Of a stretch of 64,000 nucleotides of DNA, positions 27,949 to 42,582 are shown piece by piece; position 1 is the stretch's first letter, and the number at the start of each line of letters is the position of its first letter. The DNA lies in contig NGBS01000876.1 of the NCBI GenBank assembly GCA_002245135.1, positions 124,001 through 188,000 of the forward strand. Direction: 5' to 3'. Made by a program: the position numbers and the translations under genes. Source of the stretch: Proteromonas lacertae (lineage: Eukaryota). The notes under the pieces are model-generated. The model searched no databases, was not told the DNA's origin, and saw only the letters and a program-made list of their open reading frames with translations.

Positions 27949-27990
27949 GAAACGACTAATATTTTGGAACACAAACAAGTTTGAAATATG
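27949..27990 (+). promoter_or_regulatory. Conserved 5' block of the kinase-LRR family (GAAACGAC...ATTTT...CAAACAAGTTTGAAA-ATG)
   Basis: Similar blocks occur at 62113-62158 (+) and about 20690-20735 (-), in both cases without an intact gene behind them. Confidence 0.45.
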
Positions 27991-30900
27991 TTTTTCTTAA
28001 ATTCTTTTGCAGATGATATAATATCTTCAATATTATCTTCTGATATGAAAGTATTTTTGTTGATTTATTATTTTAGATAGTAGAAATAATTGAAAAGAGA
28101 GATACTGAAATTGATTTGCTAATAGTAAATAAAAATGATATGAAAATGATGAAAATAGTTAATATAGATGAAGTAGACATAATTACTATATTTAGGTTTT
28201 GTGAAAATAACTTATTATTGTTAGATTGTTGTAATTCTCTCATGTACATATCACAAATACAGTTTATCATGTGTAATATGATGGTTATAGAACAAAATTA
28301 CTATGTTAGAGATTTAGAGGACTTAATAAAGAGTGAATGTTCATTAAATGATGATATTTGCAGTATGATATTTTCATTGTGTAATAATTTGATGGTATTA
28401 AATGAATATGATGTAATGGTAGGTAATTTGAAGAGTAGTAACGTAATAATTGAGAATGATGGTGAAATAAAGATATGCGATCTATTCTTGAATGAGTTGA
28501 AAAAAAATGAAGATATGAGTATTTATGATATATGTTTCAAAAGTTCTGAAGAGTTGAATGGGTTAGAATGTGATGAGAGAAGTGTAATTTGGTCAATTGG
28601 TTGTATATTATATGAAATGATGTTTAAGAAATTACCATTTAATGAAGATGATAATATGAATAAAACCAAAGACAATATTCTCAGATGTAAATACAGTATT
28701 GATGTAGAATGTGACAATTCTATGAAAGAGATTATAGAAAGAATGTTGAAAGTGAAGAATGAAGATAGAATGAGTTTGAAAGAGTTGAGAAAAGAGATTA
28801 TAAAAATGAGTGAGATATTGAGAGATGAAAATGATTATCTAATTATATGTAAATCAAGAAAAAAATCATTCTTTAAAAACGATAAAATGATACTCACATT
28901 TCCTATTATATATCCACAAAAGTATTATCTCCAAAGCAATGAAAGAGGAAGTATATATATGTAATATGAAATTCTATTTTTAACATTTGAATAGTAATTC
29001 GAGATGCTTTTATACAATCTTATAACAATCAACCAAATGAAAGAAAACTGTCATTACTGTTGATGATGAAATTATACAATGAAGATTATGCAATATACAA
29101 TAAGATGAAATTTCAAATTAACCACAAATGTAATGAAGTACAAGAATGCTATTTAGATGAAAAGGTGTTTAACATTTCTTCTAATGTTAATGACAAAGAA
29201 ATAATCATAGTTAGTAAAGAGTCTATTTGTTTCTGTGAAGAAGGAATAAAATATTTCTTTAGAATCTTGAAATTAATCAATAAACCAAAGCTCTTATTTA
29301 GTATTTTTTCTTATCATTTACATTGAATTAGGTATGGTTGATATACCATTCAAACTTCAGTCATTTTTTTCATCATTTTTTTCACATTTATCTAATCTTC
29401 AAGTATTAGATGTTCAGAGAGGTGGTTTAACTTTTCGTTTTGTTGAAACATTTGTTAAGTCAATTCCATTTATGAAATTAGAATATGTTAATCTTTCAGG
29501 TATATATTTTACATTTAAATACTTTCTTTAGCTAATCCAATAGGTCCAGAAGGATTTAGATTATTACTTCCATATTTGCATTTGTTAATTAACAAAGATA
29601 ATAAAATGGATCTTTATGGAATGAGATTAAATGATGGATCAATAATCTTATTATCAGAAGAATTATGTAAATATCCAAATCTTGACAGAATTGGGCTTAA
29701 ACAAAATAGTAATATACAATGGAAAGGATTAAAAACCTTATTCTCCAAATTCCCAATTTCAAAAGTAGAATTTGACTTCAGAGGAAATAAAAAGTTATTG
29801 AATGATAAACACATACCTAAACTAGTTAAATACATTTATGAATTAAATGAATTAAATCTGAGCGATTCAGAAATTGATGATGAAACGTTCAAATCATTCA
29901 TGTCATTAAGATTAAACGAAATGAAAAAGGTCAAAAAGCTTGACTTGAGTTGTATATTTGATATTTCTCTATTATTATTTAGATAATAGATTAACAGATC
30001 GAAGTGTGGAAATACTAATTGACAATTTATCTTCTTTATCGAGTCTTACATATGTTAAACTTAATGAGAATGAAATACGGAGATTGTGGAATGATTATAT
30101 TATCTCAGCATTTACATTTAATAAAAGATTGCTATAAATGCGTTTACTGTTCAAGTATTATAATATTAATAATAACGTAATATTAAATAGATATGGGATT
30201 AACTTCAATAGGATTAAAGTATTTAGTGGATGGATTAAGGAGTATGAAAAGTAAGTATATCACACTTGATATAAGTGAAAATGATATTGATGAAGATGGA
30301 ATAGAATATTTGATGGATTATCAAAAAGAGAATGACTGTATTAGAAAGTTAGAAATTGATAGTATTATTATATTTTGTTTATTATTAACAGATAATCCAA
30401 TTGGTAATAAAGGATTAAGAATGATTTTAAACAATTCAAAGGTGTTAGTTTTCTTTACTTTAAATGTGAGTAATACTTCAATTAATGATGATAGTGTAAT
30501 GATATTAACAAAAATGATAGAAATGATTAAAGGATATACTTTTACAATAAATCTAAAAGGAAATAATTCAAAGATGAAAGGATTAGAAACCATTTGTTCA
30601 AAGTCGTTAGAAAAAGAAGAATACTCGTTTATAGAAATGAACAATCCCTCATGGACAAATGAGGAATTGGAATATTATCTTAATTATTGTATAAAAAAGA
30701 CTATAGGAGATTATAACTACGATTTTTCAAGTATATATAATAAATCATTTCTAATAAAATAGATTTAAACATTAAAGATTCTCAAATTTCACTGATTAAA
30801 CAGATTGATTATGAGTATCTTGATCTATCAAGTAATAGAATCACATCAGTAGGATTAAAGGAATTAACAGATTCTTTACAAGAAAGAGTAAAATATATAT

Positions 30901-31313
30901 CGGTATATAATAATCAAATTGGAGATGATGGAATAGAAATAATATGTGAATACATAGAAAAGTTTGTCAATAATAGTCTGTCAATAAATCTATCGAGTAT
31001 AAATATGATTTCTATAGTTTAAATAGATATTGGGATGAGTGGAAAGGGATTAGCAATGTTATTAGAAAGATTGGAATATTATACTCCAATAAAATCACTT
31101 ATTCTTTTAGAAAATATGCTTGATGAAAGAGAATTGAGGTTGATGAGAGAAAATCATAAGATTCTTGAGTATTTAGAAGAATTATCAATAACATTGAAAG
31201 ATAATATAGATAAATCAGAATTTGAGTTATTTTTGAAAAGATTCTCTTTTATTAGAAAGATAAAACTAAAAGGTGTGAAAGAAGAAGGGAAAAAAGAAAA
31301 GTATATAGAATAG
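27988..31313 (+). CDS. Pseudokinase-LRR family protein, multi-exon (copy B, paralog of copy A)
   Basis: Motifs VGNLKSSNV, DLF, VIWSIGCILYE, LKVKNEDR. LRR exons are colinear with 17156-20439. One apparent frameshift near 30080. Confidence 0.75.
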
Positions 31314-31335
31314 ATATTATATATTCTTGTATTAA

Positions 31336-33621
31336 TTATTGATATACAACCTTACAGTTGTTGATTAATCTATCTTTCAATACATTCCTCCATTTTTCAT
31401 TCATATTCTCTTTATAAATAATTAATTTCTTTAATTCATCTAAATGATTCACAATTTCAATAAATTCATCAATATTTGAAGATATTAAATGAATATCTAA
31501 AACAATATATACTAAACAACTATACATCTCAATTCTAGAATAAATGGATCTGTAATACAATAAAATAAATCTCTTTTCAGTGTATTTATTGGTAGAAGTG
31601 ATTTCTTAATTATTAAACCGTTTAACTTCGGTTTTTCTAAAGCAATATTAAAAAGAATGCAATAACTATTTATGTCAGAATTTAAATAGTATTCTGAACA
31701 TATTTCTATAAGAAACGAATAGTTATGTTTTATTTCATTTTTCATCTCTTTATCTTTTATACAGTATTTATTACTCTTCATCATATCCTTCACTTTGTTC
31801 ATCATTAAATAGTTTGGATGTTTGGAAATGATAAAATTCAATACTTTATCTGGAGAATTACATACTATTCTATTTCCAGATAATCGAATTTCCTTAAAGA
31901 AATGGTTAGATTGAATTAATTTTTCAACTCCATTTTTGGATATGAAATTATCTATATTTAATTAATTCAATAAACTATACTCTTTATGTACAATTCTGAT
32001 AAATTGTTGTTATAATATAAAGTTTCAACAATATAATCAATTGAATTATCAGTAAGGTTATTCTCTATAATATAAAAAAGAGTACATATTACACAGTTTT
32101 GACTGTATTTAAACCTAAATTTCTTAGGTAAAGTAGTTTATTCAATCCATCACACAAATATTCAACGCCATCATCGCCTATGATGTTTCCATGAAGAATA
32201 ATGTATCTCAAATAGGGAGTAGAAGAGAAACATCTTGATAAAGCCATCATATGATCAGATGTTAGATTATTCTCTATAATACATATATTAACATAGTTAG
32301 AATATACTTTGCATATATAAACCTCTTAAATTATGCAATGGTATGATTGATCTAATAAACTCTAACAGCGAATTACGATTTGCTCTTAAATCTATATTAC
32401 ATAATACAATATATATATATATATATATATATACATGGAAATGTTAATGAGTCTATTTTGTTCAATCTGTTTAAGATATGTGATATATTGTTAAGACTGT
32501 TTTCTGTTATTGGATTTTCTGAAACTCCAAATGATTGTAAATTAGTCAAACTACTAACAAATGGTAATAATTCATTCATATATTCATCAGAAAGATCATT
32601 ATCTATATTAATCAATGTATAATATTATATATATATTATACTAGATAAAGAAATAGTAACAATATCACTATATGAATGCAAAACAGTCTTTAACAAATCA
32701 ATAATCTTTCTATCATTCAAATTCACATCATCAAGTATCAATTGAGTTAAATTTACTGAATTAGAAAGACATGTATTAATAATACTATACACTGTATTAC
32801 AAGAGAAATTATTAACTATATAACAATAATAATGATATATATATACCACAATAATAGCAATATTTTAATTGTTTTTCATTCAATAATACCAACAAATCAT
32901 CAAGTACATCATCTGTTAAATCACAATTTTCAATTGACAAATCATCTAACTTTCTAAAATTGTGTTTATACTTCACCATATATTCAATTCCTTTATTTTT
33001 AATTGGATTTGCTATATAGATATATAAATATATGAAATAATACAATGAATTGCAAGAGAAGTAAATGACTTTAAACACGAAATATTTTCACAAAAGTTAA
33101 GTAATCCACTTTCTGTTATATTATTCTCTATTTTTTATATTATATAAAAAGAAGAAATATACCTGAAACAAACAATGAAGATAAATCTGGTAACTGTGAG
33201 AGATTATCACTAAAATCAATAAAACCATAATCACTAATATAATTTGAATCTAATTTCAACAACAATAGTCTAGATAAACAAGATAAATATCTATTTAGTC
33301 TAATCAAATTATTATCATCTAAACCAATTTGATTCAAATACAACTCATTCAAATTTGGAATGTTACTAAAATTCTTACATAATAATTCAATATATTTCCC
33401 AATTTTATTCTTATTTAATGATAATAGCTTTAAGTCTGGTAATTGATAATTATAAAAGAGTAATGAGATATTGTCTTGGGTAAGATTACAGTCTATTTAT
33501 ATAAAGTAATTAGACAATTATACCATCAATTTTTAAGTGTTTCATATGCTTATAATCTAATCCAATAAGTAGTTTATTCATATTTTTTGAATCACATAAT
33601 ACATCTATTTGTATATACAAG

Positions 33622-33658
<37 letters not shown>

Positions 33659-35929
33659 ATTAGTATTAAGGTTTCGATATTATGTAGATTAGTTAATACA
33701 TGGTAAAATATTAAAAATGAATTATTATCACTACATTCATAATCACATATATCAATTTCTTGACCATATACTGAATATACTAGTTTTAACAACCATTTAT
33801 CATTAACTGTCGTTAAAGAATGTAATAAATGAGTTTGAAATCTAACATAAGGACAAAACAAAAACATATTCATTAATAAAATGAAAATATTTATATCTTT
33901 CTTTGTATTAAACATTTCTATTATTTCTGTATACACATCATAGTTAAACATATTCTTCATTACGACTTTTGATGTTATTGGGTATGGAGAGTAGAAAAAT
34001 AATTTAAAAATATCAAATGATTGTATATCATTATTCCATATTTTTATATTCGGTAATTTGGTTATTATTCTTCTTAGTTTTAATACTCCTTTTATTGATA
34101 GATCATTCTTATACATATTTAAATGTTCAAGAGAATTAGTCTTTTTCAATAACCATGTTAAATAACAAACTGAAGAATCATCAATATGTGAATCTACATT
34201 ATATAAATAAATAAATAAATCACAATATATATATATATATATAATACTAGAGATATATAATTTCTGTAGTTTATCTAAATATCGGTAAAGTATTAATTAA
34301 GTGAATTAATCTTTTTACAGTCAAACCACTGTTTGAGATTTTTAATGACTTTAAACTGTAGAGTACTATTGAATGACACTTCATTATTATTCTTAAAAAA
34401 AGTTGATAAATAATACACACTATTTGAGAGATTCAATTTAACTAAACTAGAAAATCCACCTATTATTTCTATATCTCTATCATTAGATATTTTAGTATTA
34501 TAAAAATTCATTATTTCTGTCTTTTCTGTATTGATTAAATTTGGTAATATCAAATCTATTGGATAATTATTACTATTTTGTATTGTAAGGTTTTCAATTA
34601 TTCGTTTAACAATTGATATTTGTTTAATATTCTTCAAATACTTTACAGATTTCAATTCTATACTACTACTATCATGTTCATCTTTTTCATTGGTAGTTTC
34701 TAGTGTAATTGAATAAGGTGATTTATTAGTAGATATATAATCATAATAGTATAAACTATCTTCATCAAATATCTTTGATATAAATGTATTGATTATATTA
34801 GAATAATGATCATAATAATCCCAACTTAATTGTATTATAAAGCTCATTACTAAATCGTTATAACAACGAGATTTCCATTTATTAAGAAAATCTAATAATG
34901 AATCTATTAATAATAATAAGAAGAAGATGATATACTTTTATTATTAATTATGTTTTTGTAATATATTCCATTGTATACATCATAGTAATTATTACCTAAC
35001 AGTAATGCAAATCTTGGTGAATATTCTATATAATAATAATAATAATAATAATATACTTGGTTTATATTCATTACTATAGAGTCTATATCCAATTTTTTGT
35101 AATTGAATTATAAATTCATTGATTGAACCTATTCTTCTCTCATTATTCTCTATTAAATTCTTTAAAAAGATATAAAATGGGGAATATTTATATTGATTTA
35201 TTATATCATTAATTTTATCATTAAATACTGGTGGATTTCCAGTCAAAAGTCTATAAACAATACAGCAAATGCTCCAGATATCATCTTTATCACAATATTC
35301 ACCATTTTTAATAATATTTAAACTGCAGTAAAACAGAGAATCAAAATCTAAATTTATAGTATCTTCTATTAGATATTGACTGTAATCTGTGATTTTGTAG
35401 GTATTATCATTAGTTAATAGGACATTATTTGGAGTTATTCTACCGTGATAGAGACCTATATCATGTACTGATTGTAATTGTGAAGATATATCCTTCAAAA
35501 TGTGAAATAATATGTAAGAATCTTCTTCTTTTGATATTTTATCAATACATCCAAATGAGTAGTATGGTGAAATGATTTGTAATTTGTGATTTATTACCGT
35601 AAAATAATCATTTTCAAGAAATCCACTATACTCTTTTATTTTATTCACATTTTCAAACTATATATGTATTATATTTGATAATACTAATATTATATAATAC
35701 AAATTCTTCTATATTTTGTTTTATTTCTATAATTTTGAGAAATCTAATATCATCAGCTTCAATTGAGGATATTTGAAATGATCGTTTGTTCTTATTAGTA
35801 TTTAAAACGTTTAAAACCTATGACTAGATGAATTAGTGATATACTTCGTAATTCGGAGGTATTAGCATCTTCATCTATAAATAAAATATAAATAAATACA
35901 TTCAATTCATCAACATAATTATTATACAT
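31336..35929 (-). CDS. Divergent pseudokinase-LRR protein with many introns (copy C)
   Basis: Kinase-like HGRITPNNV, DYS, DIWSICC in 34992-35648. LRR exons such as SNYISDYG, ENPITENS, GNIIGDDG and NPIKNKG. Exon joins are only partly resolved. Confidence 0.65.
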
Positions 35930-36005
35930 TTGAATAAGAATATACAGAAGAAAAAACAAAAATCAAATAAATGAAACGAATAGAATTTTAAAAATACTAT
36001 ATATG

Positions 36006-37568
36006 CTATAATGTTATGTTTCTTGTGATAAAACTTCCATCGTCCATTATTTCATTTGTTTTTATATGATATATTCCACTTACATCACATGTCACATGAA
36101 AATCAACTCTACATTCGCCTTGCTTCCTTTTTGTTATGGGTATTCTTTCAAATCCTATCAGATTTATTTCATCTTTATCAATATCACCTTCATATAAATC
36201 AGCATCCATAACTTCTTGGTTATCCATATAATTAACTACAGTAAATGATTCATCCACTTCATCCAATGGAGTATTCTTTTTTATAATACAATAATATTTA
36301 TCTTTATCATTTTCAACATCATAAAACTTTGAATATATATTCTTTGTAATAATATCTTTGAATTTCATATTCATAAATCTTTTTTCATTTGCAAGTATAG
36401 TTGCTCCATATGCAACTGCTTCTTGAGCTCCTATATCACTCATTATTTCAGTATCAGGAAATTCTTTTTCTAATTTTGGTCTTATAGATGATATTGCACT
36501 AGATCCACCAACTAATATTATATAATCTAACTTTGGTATTTTATGTTCAACTTCCTTATAGACTTTCTTTGTTAAATAAATTGTTCTTTCAATTAATTCT
36601 TCAATAATATCATTAAATTCAGCTAATGATATTTCTACATCAATATCATTATCTTCAAATATATCTAACTCAACATTTGCGCTAGTAGATTTACCATCAG
36701 TTAATATTTTTTTTGCTTCTTCACAACGAGTTCTACATTTTATGATATTTTTTTCATTCATTTCTTTCTTCATTTCTTTTTTATATCTCTTCTTATAGAA
36801 TTCAACCATAGCTTCATCAATATCTTCTCCTCCTAAATGCGAATCTCCTTCAGTTGCAATTACATCAATCTCTGGATGTTCATAATTCAACAACAACTTT
36901 ATAATCGACACATCAAAAGTACCTCCTCCAAAATCATACACTAATATGTATTTATATTCGTCACTCTTTGCATTCTGTTGAATAACTTGATGTGCATATG
37001 CCAAAGCAGCAGCTGAAGGTTCATTGATGATTTGGATTACTCTTAAATTTGCATTTTCTGCTGCTATTCTTGTCTTTTCTCTTTTAGTACATGTAAAATA
37101 AGCTGGAACAGTTATAACAGCTTCTAATGTAGTATTTATGTCTACACCAATACATATACAACATCTATCATGTATTTCTTTCAATATTGCTGAGGATATT
37201 TCTTCAGCTGTCCATAACTTTTTACCTTCCTTATTCCAATAATCTGTCTCAACCATGGGAATACCATTAATATTTTTTACTCTATCTTTAAACTGCCATC
37301 TTTGTAAGTCAATTTGGAACTGTTTACTATCATATTTCATACCTATGAATCTCTTTGAGTCATATACTACTTGTTTACTTTTGTTAACATCATATTTACA
37401 TCCTGCACCGACTATTATTTTTTTCTGTTTTATATCAGGGAATATAACTGATTCAAGCACATGATTACCTCCATTTTCTGTTATGATCTCTATTCTATCT
37501 GATTTATATATTCCACATGCTGAAAATGTTGTACCTAAATCGATTCCAATTTTAAATGTTGCAGTCAT
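36006..37568 (-). CDS. Divergent, intronless Hsp70-family protein lacking the C-terminal lid and EEVD
   Basis: IGIDLGTTFS, AVITVPAYF, IINEPSAAALAY, ILVYDFGGGTFDVS, GDSHLGGEDID, IILVGGSS. Only 520 aa. Confidence 0.9.
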   Translation of the reverse strand: MTATFKIGIDLGTTFSACGIYKSDRIEIITENGGNHVLESVIFPDIKQKKIIVGAGCKYDVNKSKQVVYDSKRFIGMKYDSKQFQIDLQRWQFKDRVKNINGIPMVETDYWNKEGKKLWTAEEISSAILKEIHDRCCICIGVDINTTLEAVITVPAYFTCTKREKTRIAAENANLRVIQIINEPSAAALAYAHQVIQQNAKSDEYKYILVYDFGGGTFDVSIIKLLLNYEHPEIDVIATEGDSHLGGEDIDEAMVEFYKKRYKKEMKKEMNEKNIIKCRTRCEEAKKILTDGKSTSANVELDIFEDNDIDVEISLAEFNDIIEELIERTIYLTKKVYKEVEHKIPKLDYIILVGGSSAISSIRPKLEKEFPDTEIMSDIGAQEAVAYGATILANEKRFMNMKFKDIITKNIYSKFYDVENDKDKYYCIIKKNTPLDEVDESFTVVNYMDNQEVMDADLYEGDIDKDEINLIGFERIPITKRKQGECRVDFHVTCDVSGIYHIKTNEIMDDGSFITRNITL

Positions 37569-37715
37569 TATGAGAATAAAAGAAAAAAATAGAGTGTAAA
37601 TTTGACATTATTTGACTTAATATTTTTACACTATTTTTAAAAACACAATTCTAACATCTTAATATAATGAATTATAAAATTAAATTAAACTAGACTTCAA
37701 TTATAAACACACACA

Positions 37716-38502
37716 TCAATTTGGTCTAGGTATAAGAAAAGGATTTTCGCCAGTTTTACGTGTAGGAATCATAAAATATCTACCATATTGTTTAATAATA
37801 TATTTAACTGCATTCTCTAAACAATAAGTTTCTACTCCACAAAAATTACATCTGCAAATATCAATCTTATCATAAACATATTCATTTGACATTATTAACC
37901 AAAAATCTAAGAATGGATTACCATGAAATATCCATGTATTTAAACTATAGCCATGGAAATAAATCTTCTTATAATCTATACTTCTATCTAAATATCTTAT
38001 AAATCGTTTGAAATAATGTCTTCTTCTTCTTCCACACAGCTTATATGAATGATCTAATAAAACACTATTGAATTTATATTTCTTTCTGTTTATTGGAATA
38101 TAATCTGAACAGTTAAATAAATGATTATTCATCCATATTGGAATTATTATATCAATATCATGATCATTGTAAAAACCATTATTTCGATATGCTTGTAACT
38201 CACTTCCAAAAGCAAGAAAATATGTAATGTTCAAGTAATTTGCTGCTTTTATTATACCTTTACATTGAGCATCCTTTCTTAAATTATATGTAGCAGTAAA
38301 ACTTCTTTCACTCCAAGAACACTTTTTCACTTTTAATGGCTGAAATGGAGTTTTACTATAATCTGGGAACAGTTCATCAGGAAAATGGTTTGTAATCAGT
38401 TAAAACATCTTCAATATGACTCTGTGGATAGCATATAAAAGGAAATAGCAATGCAAATATCAGCAAAAAATGCAGTAATAGTAGAACTAAAATATAATTC
38501 AT
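37716..38502 (-). CDS. LicD/fukutin-family nucleotidyltransferase-fold protein, type II membrane or secreted (one apparent frameshift near 38390)
   Basis: YFLAFGSELQAYRNNGFYNDHDIDIII resembles the LicD G(T/S)LLGA.R...DxDxD motif, with a C-terminal QYG..FMIP. Hydrophobic N-terminus from ATG 38502. Confidence 0.65.
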
Positions 38503-38607
38503 TTGAAATTAATAGAATTATGAAACGGACAAAATTTCAATATTTTATATTTGATTAATAGAGATGCTTACTAGGGAATTTATAACATCGCAATACAATA
38601 AATTTTA

Positions 38608-39012
38608 AAATTAGATTAAATTACACTTCAACTTTTCATAGATATTCTGTGGATCTAACAGTTTATTTATCATTACTGTTTTATCATGACTTTTACTCCC
38701 TTTTATTAAACTAATCTCACTATTTTTAACACCGAGAATATCACTAAAATACTTCAAAAAAGCTTCATTTAGCTTCACCTTTCACCGGTACAGCTGCCAC
38801 CTATTAATTTTTATAATAATGATGATTATTACTTGTATTGTTAACTCATTATCATCTATGAAACTAACTCCTTCCATTTTTGAATTTGGTTTACCTGTAA
38901 ATTCTATTTTTATTCCTTTATCACATTCTATCATCCACAATGGCAATTTATATGTTTTTTTCTCTTCTATACATAGCTTATCTTTTTTATTAGAAGTTTT
39001 TGGAAAAGGCAT
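38608..39012 (-). CDS. UPF0235/DUF167 (YggU-like) protein; apparent homopolymer indels in exon 2
   Basis: IKIEFTGKPNSK, LTIQ|VAAVPVKGEA(N)EAFLKYFSDILGVKNSEISLIKG(S)KSHDK. Intron at about 38802-38833. Confidence 0.75.
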
Positions 39013-39095
39013 CGTTTCATTTTCATATGGTGCATCTATTCAAAAATATTTCAAACCCCACTTTTTCAAATTTATTTTTTCTTTTTTCTCTCAAT

Positions 39096-42000
39096 ATGGA
39101 TAGTATGTCAATGATTTTATTATGTTTATAGACGAATCAGAGTCGTTTGAATTGTCTGATAACGATTTTGGTATAATGTATTACTCATTACACACTTTTA
39201 GAATCAGAAGGCAATGAAGAAGAAAGCAACTCAAAATCTCAATTTAATGATGAGAGTATTATGATATTTAAATTATATATATAGCCTTTCAAAGTGATAC
39301 AAACAAAGTGAATAAATCAGAAGAAAATGAACTTGTTGAACAACCGAAAGAGAATAATGGCGTAATTCCAAGTGATACTGAAAATAATATAGAGAATAAT
39401 CCTTTATCTAGAGAATCAAAACCAGAAAATGCACTTAAGTCTGAAGATGAAGATATTCAACCATCATCAAACAATATACAACCTAAATCTCCTAATATTT
39501 CTCCAAAAGAGAATCCTTCTGTAAATGAATCAAAATTTTCAGATTCACCAACCAAACTACCAACAATAAATGAATCAAAATTTTCAGAAGATTATACACA
39601 GCCAAATACAAGTAATGAAAGTAAAATGAATGATGTAACTGAAAGTAAATTCTCAGAAAATATTACATCAGGTTTTAAACCTGTAGATAGTGATAATAAA
39701 ATGTTATCATCTTTATCTGATAATGATAACAAAGATAAGAGTAGAAAAGAAAGTAAAGAAGAAGAAGAAGATAATAATAATAATGAAGTAAAACCTGTTG
39801 AAGAAATTCTTCCCCAATCTACCACTCCAAAATCAGAAGGTAAAGAAGATAATAATGAAGATATAAAACCAAAATCAATAGATAAACCAAATACTCCACC
39901 ACCTCCAGAAAGCAAAGATGATGGGAATAATGAAGAACAATGTAAACCTATTGAATTAGAAAATCCATCAAACATACCTAAATCAGAAGGTAAGGAAGAG
40001 GAAAATGAAGAACCAAAACCAATAGAAGTAGAACCACTTCCTTCTTCATCATCAGATGAACCAAAATCGGAGAGTAAAGAAGATAATGAAGAAATGAAGC
40101 CAATAGAAATGGATAAACCAAATTCTCCAAAATCAGAAAGTAAGGAAGAATATAACAGTAATAATGAAGATGAATTCATTATTCCTCCAAATACAATAAA
40201 ATCAGAAAGTAAAGATGATTATATAAGTCCATCAAATAGTGTAAAGACAGAATCACCGCATATCGATGAGTCAATTTTTAATACAGAGAATTCAAATGTA
40301 AATAGTATTAAACAACCTTCATCACCACAATCTGATAGTGAAATAAATACAACAACTACAAATGAACCTAAACGAACTACAGTTATAGTACATTTATCAG
40401 AATCAAAATCAAATAATGAAAGTGATGAAGAGAAAGATGAAGATGAGGATGATAGACCAGTTAATCACATTGTTGAGATAAATCCATTAGAAGAAGAGGA
40501 AGAAAAATCAAATAATGAAAACAAACCAGAATCAAACCTACATGTAATCAAAAATAGAAATGATGTTGAAGATTACAATGATATTCATATGCCAATAGAT
40601 CCATACACTATACAACAAAAAATAAAAACAAAAATAGCAAGAGTCCATAACTGTTTAATATCTTTACAAAGAGTAAAGGTATGTAAGTTATATGGAGAAA
40701 AAAATATTCATTTCTGCCCAGCTAACTTTAAAATTGAAAAAGAGCATGAACAGTGTGGAATGTTGGATGTTTATGAAGGATTGTCAGGAGATGATAAAAC
40801 ATATAGACATGTAGCAATTGCTTGTAAAGTATAGATATATAATATATATTAATTGTTTAATAGAGAGTTCAAAAAGAGATAGATGATTTAGAATCTCAAT
40901 TGCACAAAATTGAAAAAGAAGGAGAAGAAGAAGAAGAAGGAGAAACAACCAATAAAAACAAAATATCAATATTAGAAACTGAATTTGTTAATTGGTCAAT
41001 AGCTTGTGAAAAAGAATTTCCAATAGTTTTAACAGAAAAGCAAAAGGATAGAATTGATAAAGATTTAAATAGTAATAATTATACGTTAAAGTATAATTTA
41101 AATCCCAACAAAGTAAACGAAACAACTGCAACACAAAATCCAATTGTAGTTAAAAAACAGAAAGAAAGAGAAAAATATTTGAATAGATTATATAAATATC
41201 ATATTCATAAAGTATATTGGAATGGTTTAAATATTGATGAGTATAACTTTGGTTTAAGTGATTTAATAAAATGGAGTACTATTGAAAGAGATAAAAAAGA
41301 ACAAATTAAAAGGAAGTATATAAAAGATAAAGAAGCAGAAAAGGAAAAAGATAAGAATAAGTTGTTTAATGGTTGGTTAAATAATGCAAAACGAAATACA
41401 AGGAAAATACCATTAACATTAGCTAAAAGTACAGGAATAATTGATGATTTATATCTTCATAAACTACTGCCGCAAAAAGAAATCTTACCAACTAAAACAA
41501 TAAGTGCATTTATAAATGATAAACCATTAATAATTGGAGGAGAAGATAATGTAAATATGATTAAAAATATGAAAAGATTGGATAAATCCTTAAAGAATTA
41601 TATGAACGAAAGACAAAAAGAATCAAATGTTCATTATGAACAATGGTTAAATAAGAAAAGTAAAATACAATCATTTTTAAATACACTTGATAAAATAGAT
41701 ATAAAATATTGGAATGATAGAATAATACAAAACTCTAATGTTTATCTATTGGGAATGGCTTTACACTCATTATCTCCACAGTTACGAGATAGATGGATTA
41801 ATATAATAAAATCAAGTAAAAATAGAATTACTTTATTAGGAAGATGCATGGTAAAAAGAGGAAGTTATGAAATAGTAACTGAAGATGATTTAAGTAAAGA
41901 AATCGATAGAGGAGATATGATAGAAATAGATAATAATAAATATTGTGTTGATTTTAGAAAGCCAAGAGAGAAATATCGAATAATTATCTCTGATCCATAT

Positions 42001-42533
42001 ACTGGAAGATCTTTAACATCTATTCCTATTTATAAAGTGAATATTTTTAATGATGAAAACATATATATTAAAATGTGGAATAGTTACTATATGAATATAA
42101 ATGTTGATAATGAGAGATTATTAGATATAATGAGAATTAGAAACTTTATAAATGGAGAAAAAGAGAAGTTTAATAGAATAAAAGTATTAGGATTAAATAA
42201 TGAAAATTATAGAATATGCAAATATAATATTAGTGAAGCAAAGAAAGCTCTTGATAGACTTAGTGAAGTTGAAGATATTATTTTTTGTGATTTGAATAAT
42301 AAAGAAATAGATGTAAATAAATTAGATAATAATGGTGAAATAAATGAGGATGAATATAGAACATTCTCTTTAGCTTTAAAAGATAGTGTTTATATTGATA
42401 ATGATGAGATGTGGTATAATATTACTAAAATATCAATATATAAACATTCTGTGTATTTAGTACCATCTAAATTAAGATCATATGGAAGTGGGAAATTGAA
42501 ATTTAAAGTATATGAAGAAAATGATGATGAAAA

Positions 42534-42582
<49 letters not shown>

